Source: Macrostomum lignano | Lineage: Eukaryota | DNA: 64,000 nt | Direction: 5' to 3' | Assembly: GCA_002269645.1 (NCBI GenBank) | Contig: NIVC01000018.1 | Location: 62,001-126,000 of the forward strand | Shown here: positions 59,026 to 64,000 of the stretch, one piece after another | Numbering within the stretch: position 1 is the stretch's first letter | Layout of the letters: each line of letters starts with the position of its first letter | Notes under the pieces: model-generated | What the model was told of the DNA's origin: nothing | What the model saw: only the letters and a program-made list of their open reading frames with translations | Database searches by the model: none | Translations under genes and position numbers: made by a program

Positions 59026-59739
59026 TCTGATAAAAGAGGCCAATAAAGCCCCACACTGAAAAGATTCGCCAGGCAAGTCAATACCAAAGTCAGGCACAAC
59101 CAAAGGCGACTCGCAAAACTTTTCAGTTGCCCTGCGCCCCCCCCCCCCACTATAGCGCATAAACAGAAATGCTGTCTTAGCCTAACCTGACCTGCTTTTA
59201 GAAGCAGATGCGGACGCAGATACGCGAAGCTAAGGGAGGTGAAATCTGTCCAGATGACTTGAACCGGTGGCTGGGGGGGTGGTGGGGAAGGCAGCCGCAA
59301 TAAACACACAGAAGCAGAAAGCCAAACTATAAAGCAATCAATCAGAACGAACTGGGATACGGGCCGAGGGAGAACCGCGAGAGGATGGGGGGAGGGGGGG
59401 GGAGATTTTCCCTAGCGGCCTGCCCTCGGCGCACTGCAGATCCCGCCTCCCTCAACTGTTTCTTTCTGTTCCCCTTTTCGCCGCAAGCTGCTGGCAGCCA
59501 TCACCGGGATGAAGGTTATTATTTATGCATCCGAGTGATACGCTATTGTATGGCATAGCTATTGGAAGACAGGTACTCGTAGGTATAAACTTGGCCCGAA
59601 TTTTGGGGGCAAGGCAGCTCAGTGGTAACCAAGTCCATCCACTATGGCTGAACCTTGAGGCGCAGAGAGCTGAGAGAGTGTACATTGCGTGAGAATGAAA
59701 AAGAAAGTCGGGGCCGCTGTCAGTGGTGTTTGTATTTTG

Positions 59740-60160
59740 ATGAGCGCCCCTGTCTCTTGGTGGGGCAGGGCGCCCCTGTCTCTTAGTGGGGGTGGGCGCC
59801 CCTGTCTCCTAGGTGGGGGTGGGCGCCCCTGTCTCGAAGTTGGGGGTGGGCGCCCCTGTCTCTTGGTGGGGCAGGGCGCCCCTGTCTCGTAGGTGGGGCA
59901 GGGCGCCCCTGTCTCTTGATGGGCGCCCCTGTCTCGTAGGTGGGGCTGGGCGCCCTGTCTCGTAGGTGGGGGTGGGCGCCCCTGTCTCCTAGGTGGGGGT
60001 GGGCGCCCCTGTCTCTTGGTGGGCGTCGCTGTCTCTTGATGGGCGCCCCTGTCTCGTAGTTGGGGTGGGCGCCCCTGTCTCCTAGGTGGGCGCCCCTGTC
60101 TCCTAGGTGGGCGCCCCTGTCTCCTAGGTGGGCGCCTCTGTCTCCTAGGTGGGCGCCCCT
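59740..60160. repeat. GC-rich minisatellite with core GGGCGCCCCTGTCTC
   Basis: Variable-length tandem units. Confidence 0.9.
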
Positions 60161-60834
60161 GGCAGCAGTTGAGCACATGTCATTCATCCAGCTTGGATGT
60201 CTCTTTTATTTAGTATTCTCCATTTCGTACAAGCATGCAGTATACGAGCATGGTGGCTAATAGACCCTTGTGCTGCACACTATAAAGATGGAGGCGCGAT
60301 GAGTGATGTGGGAGGGCTGTCTGCACGATGCGGTAGTAAGGAGAAATCAATGCTGCTGAGTGTGCCGTGTCACGTGATGTGCAGATCGCTTCTTTTTTTC
60401 CAGGCGAGCTGCACTGTGAGATACTTTTTTGTTGTTTCCCCTAAAACAGCCTCGCCTTCTGCCGCTGCCCCTGGCGGGGAGTGGATAAATTGGTAAAACA
60501 TAAAACACAGCAGCAAGTCATCAACTTTAACATAGCCGCTGGGCTGCGTGGGCCTGGCGTGTTGCATAATAGAGTGCACTTGGGCGGTTGGACTCTGTCG
60601 TGTGCTGTGGAGAGTCGGTTTGGAGAAGTCATTCCCAGTCGCGGTGTGCCCTGATAAAGGCAGCAGATAAAGTGAGGGAGAGGAGAAAATGGGCCTGGCG
60701 AATGAAGAGGTAAAGAGAGAGGAAGCAGAACGAGCCTGCCAAGTGTGAGAAACATGGTAGATTGGGATTAGACAGGATGAAGGGGAGAGACTAAGGGATT
60801 GTAGAGGGAATTTAAGAGCGAGGGAAGGAGTACG

Positions 60835-61895
60835 AGAGACATGGTGAGAGTGCGAGAGACATGGTGAGAGTGAGAGGGTGAGAGTGAGAGAGGGTGAGAG
60901 AGAGTGAGAGTGAGAGAGGGTGAGAGTGAGAGTGAGAAAGGGTGGGTGTGAGAGACGGTGGGAATGAGGGAATGAGAGAGGGTGAGAGTGAAAGAGGGTG
61001 AGAGTGAGAGAGGGTGAGAGTGAGAGAGGGTGAGAGTGAGAGAGGGTGAGAGTGAGAGAGAGGGTGAGAGTGAGAGAGGGTGAGAGTGAGAGAGAGGGTG
61101 AGAGTGAGAGAGGGTGAGAGTGAGAGAGGGTGAGAGTGAGAGTGAGAAAGGGTGGGAGTGGGAGACGGTGGGAATGAGAGAGGGTGAGAGTGAGAGAGGG
61201 TGAGAGTGAGAGAGGGTGAGAGTGAGAGAGGGTGAGAGTGAGAGTGAGAAAGGGTGGGAGTGGGAGACGGTGGGAATGAGAGAGGGTGAGAGTGAGAGAG
61301 GGTGAGAGTGAGAGAGGGTGAGAGTGAGAGAGGGTGAGAGTGAGAGAGGGTGAGAGTGAGAGAGGGTGAGAGTGAGAGAGGGTGAGAGTGAGAGTGAGAA
61401 AGGGTGGGAGTGGGAGACGGTGGGAATGAGAGAGGGTGAGAGTGAGAGAGGGTGAGAGTGAGAGTGAGAAAGGGTGGGAGTGGGAGACGGTGGGAATGAG
61501 AGAGGGTGAGAGTGAGAGAGGGTGAGAGTGAGAGAGGGTGAGAGTGAGAGTGAGAAAGGGTGGGAGTGGGAGACGGTGGGAATGAGAGAGGGTGAGAGTG
61601 AGAGAGGGTGAGAGTGAGAGTGAGAAAGGGTGGGAGTGGGAGACGGTGGGAATGAGAGAGGGTGAGAGTGAGAGAGGGTGAGAGTGAGAGAGGGTGAGAG
61701 TGAGAGAGGGTGAGAGTGAGAAAGGGTGGGAGTGGGAGACGGTGGGAATGAGAGAGGGTGAGAGTGAGAGAGGGTGAGAGTGAGAGAGGATGAGAGAGAG
61801 GTTGAGAGTGAGAGAGGGTGAGAGTGAGAGAGGGTGAGAGTGAGAGAGCGGGTGAGAGTGAGAGAGAGGGTGAGAGTGAGAGAGAGTGAGGAGAG
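60835..61895. repeat. GA-rich compound array (GAGAGTGAGAGAGGGT with AAAGGGTGGGAGTGGGAGACGGTGGGAAT inserts)
   Basis: Seen directly. Confidence 0.95.
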
Positions 61896-62119
61896 CCAGT
61901 TTATAAAAAGAAAGTAAGGCAGCGCACAGGCTGATAAGGCCAGCAGGATTCGATGCCAAATCAGAGAGGAAATGGAGGCAAAAAGTTAACGAGGCAGAAA
62001 GCAGATAAGCAGATACAGATACAGGCAAGGGCTAAAGATACATGTATGAGTAGATAACGCAGTCCAATGGGAGAGAGATATCGAATTATTCAGTCTTCAC
62101 AAAGTGTTGGAAATCCTGT

Positions 62120-62450
62120 GTGAAGATTTGGGTTTGTGAAGATTAGGGCTTGTGAAGATTATTGTTTATGAAGATTAGGGTTTGTGAAGATTAGGGCTTG
62201 TGAAGATTATTTTTTATGAAGATTAGGGCTTGTGAAGATTTGGGTTTGTGAAGATTTGGATTTGTGAAGATTTGGGTTTATGAAGATTATACGGTTTGTT
62301 AAGATTATTGCTTGTAAAGATTAGGGCTTGTGAAGATTAGGGCTTGTGAAGATTAGGGCTTGTGAAGATTAGGGCTTGTGAAGATTAGGGCTTGTGAAGA
62401 TTAGGGCTTGTGAAGATTAGGGCTTGTGAAGATTAGGGCTTGTGAAGGTT
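62120..62450. repeat. 16-bp minisatellite (GAAGATTAGGGCTTGT)n
   Basis: Period 16; contains TTAGGG. Confidence 0.93.
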
Positions 62451-62884
62451 GGGGTTGGTGAAAGAGGATGTATCGCCAGTATTCTTATTGCAAGATCTTC
62501 TTCTTTCTTCTTCCTGAAAAAGCTGTAATTATCAATGCTGACCGCCAGTTGGCCGGAGACGACCTGCAAGGTTTTGGGTAGGGGCCGAGAATAGAAAATG
62601 AGATGAAGCGCGGATGAATAGGGATGGGGGGAGTTGGAGGCTGGAACCGAGATCTCCGCAGGTCGATGCTGACGGAGCTGGAGAGGCTGAGGGAGGCAGT
62701 CACTTCCGCATCAGTTTTTGCAAGTATGAGAGGACTTTAAAAGCTTGACTGAACGGCGAGATGGAGAAAAGAAGAGAGAAGAGAAATCACAGGCAACTTG
62801 AAAAAATTGTCTAAGTGTGCGCTGCCTTGCATGCTGTAGTGATCAGCAATATCCGTTCTTTGTAAACTTGCTTAACTGTTGGCT

Positions 62885-64000
62885 GCACTCCAGTGAGACA
62901 GTGAGGTAAACTCTGGGATACTCCAGTGAGACAGTGAGATAAACTCTGGGATACTCCAGTGAGACAGTGAGATAAACTCTGGGATACTCCAGTGAGACAG
63001 TGAGATAAACTCTGGGATACTCCAGTGAGACAGTGAGATAAACACTGGGATACTCAAGACAGAACTGAGACAGTGAGATAAACTCTGGGATACTCCAGTG
63101 AGACAGTGAAGTAAACTCTGGGATACTCCAGTGAGACAGTGAGGTAAAAACTGGGATACTCCAGTGAGACAGTGAGATTAACACTGGGATACTCCAGTGA
63201 GACAGTGAGATTAACACTGGGATACTCCAGTGAGACAGTGGGATAAACACTGGGATACTCCAGTGAGACAGTGAGATTAACACTGGGATACTCCAGTGAG
63301 ACAGTGGGATAAACACTGGGATACTCCAGTGAGACAGTGAGATTAACACTGGGATACTCCAGTGAGACAGTGGGATAACACACTGGGATAAACACTGGAT
63401 ACTCCAGTGAGACAGTGAGATAAACGCTGGGATACTCCAGACAGAACTGAGACAGTGAGATAAACGCTGGGATACTCCAGACAGAACTGAGACAGTGAGA
63501 TAAACGCTGGGATACTCCAGACAGAACTGAGACAGTGAGATAAACGCTGGGATACTCCAGACAGAACTGAGACAGTGAGATAAACGCTGGGATACTCCAG
63601 ACAGAACTGAGACAGTGAGATAAACGCTGGGATACTCCAGACAGAACTGAGACAGTGAGATAAACGCTGGGATACTCCAGACAGAACTGAGACAGTGAGA
63701 TAAACGCTGGGATACTCCAGACAGAACTGAGACAGTGAGATAAACACTGGGATACTCCAGTGAGACAGTGAGATAAACGCTGGGATACTCCAGACAGAAC
63801 TGAGACAGTGAGATAAACGCTGGGATACTCCAGACAGAACTGAGACAGTGAGATAAATGCTGGGATACTCCAGACAGAACTGAGACAGTGAGATAAACGC
63901 TGGGATACTCCAGACAGAACTGAGACAGTGAGATAAACGCTGGGATACTCCAGACAGAACTGAGACAGTGAGATAAACGCTGGGATACTCCAGACAGAAC
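62885..64000. repeat. 33-bp minisatellite grading into a related 40-bp unit, continues past window end
   Basis: CTCCAGTGAGACAGTGAGATAAACTCTGGGATA, then GATACTCCAGACAGAACTGAGACAGTGAGATAAACGCTGG from ~63410. Confidence 0.96.

Noticed and set aside
58352-62028. Long periodic ORFs (STDSHPL, RQRMTIG, LSHSHP)
   Set aside because: Translations of minisatellite and GA-rich arrays with no coding signature.
62520-62722. GC-rich exon-like stretches with AG/GT boundaries
   Set aside because: No consistent spliced frame or recognisable domain found by hand; needs RNA-seq.

Overview
Eukaryotic (animal) genomic DNA with GT-AG introns, GC-rich exons and introns filled by minisatellites; the style fits a macrostomid flatworm such as Macrostomum (inference, not verified). 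Plus-strand genes: a probable terminal exon of an upstream gene (1068-1350), a 9-exon HEATR6 orthologue (1544-15840, one frame discrepancy), purine nucleoside phosphorylase PNP (33918-35653), a small two-exon coiled-coil gene (40078-41253) and a CGRRF1-like RING gene (intact copy 51903-56101). Between HEATR6 and PNP lies a ~16 kb transposon island: an HSP70 fragment fused to a decayed Mag-type gypsy pol, a full-length LTR-bounded Ty3/gypsy element (21931-30281, minus strand) with an extra unknown ORF, a decayed Crypton-like tyrosine recombinase, and a palindromic Tc1-derived element. The island is strongly CpG-depleted, and its paired repeats (two LTRs, two palindrome arms) differ only by one-sided C>T/G>A changes at CpG and CpA, a methylation- or RIP-like signature. 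A ~5 kb segment is triplicated in tandem (40390-55314) and could create in-frame RING-less chimeric genes. Unpaired splice acceptors just upstream of coding starts suggest SL trans-splicing and operon-like organisation.
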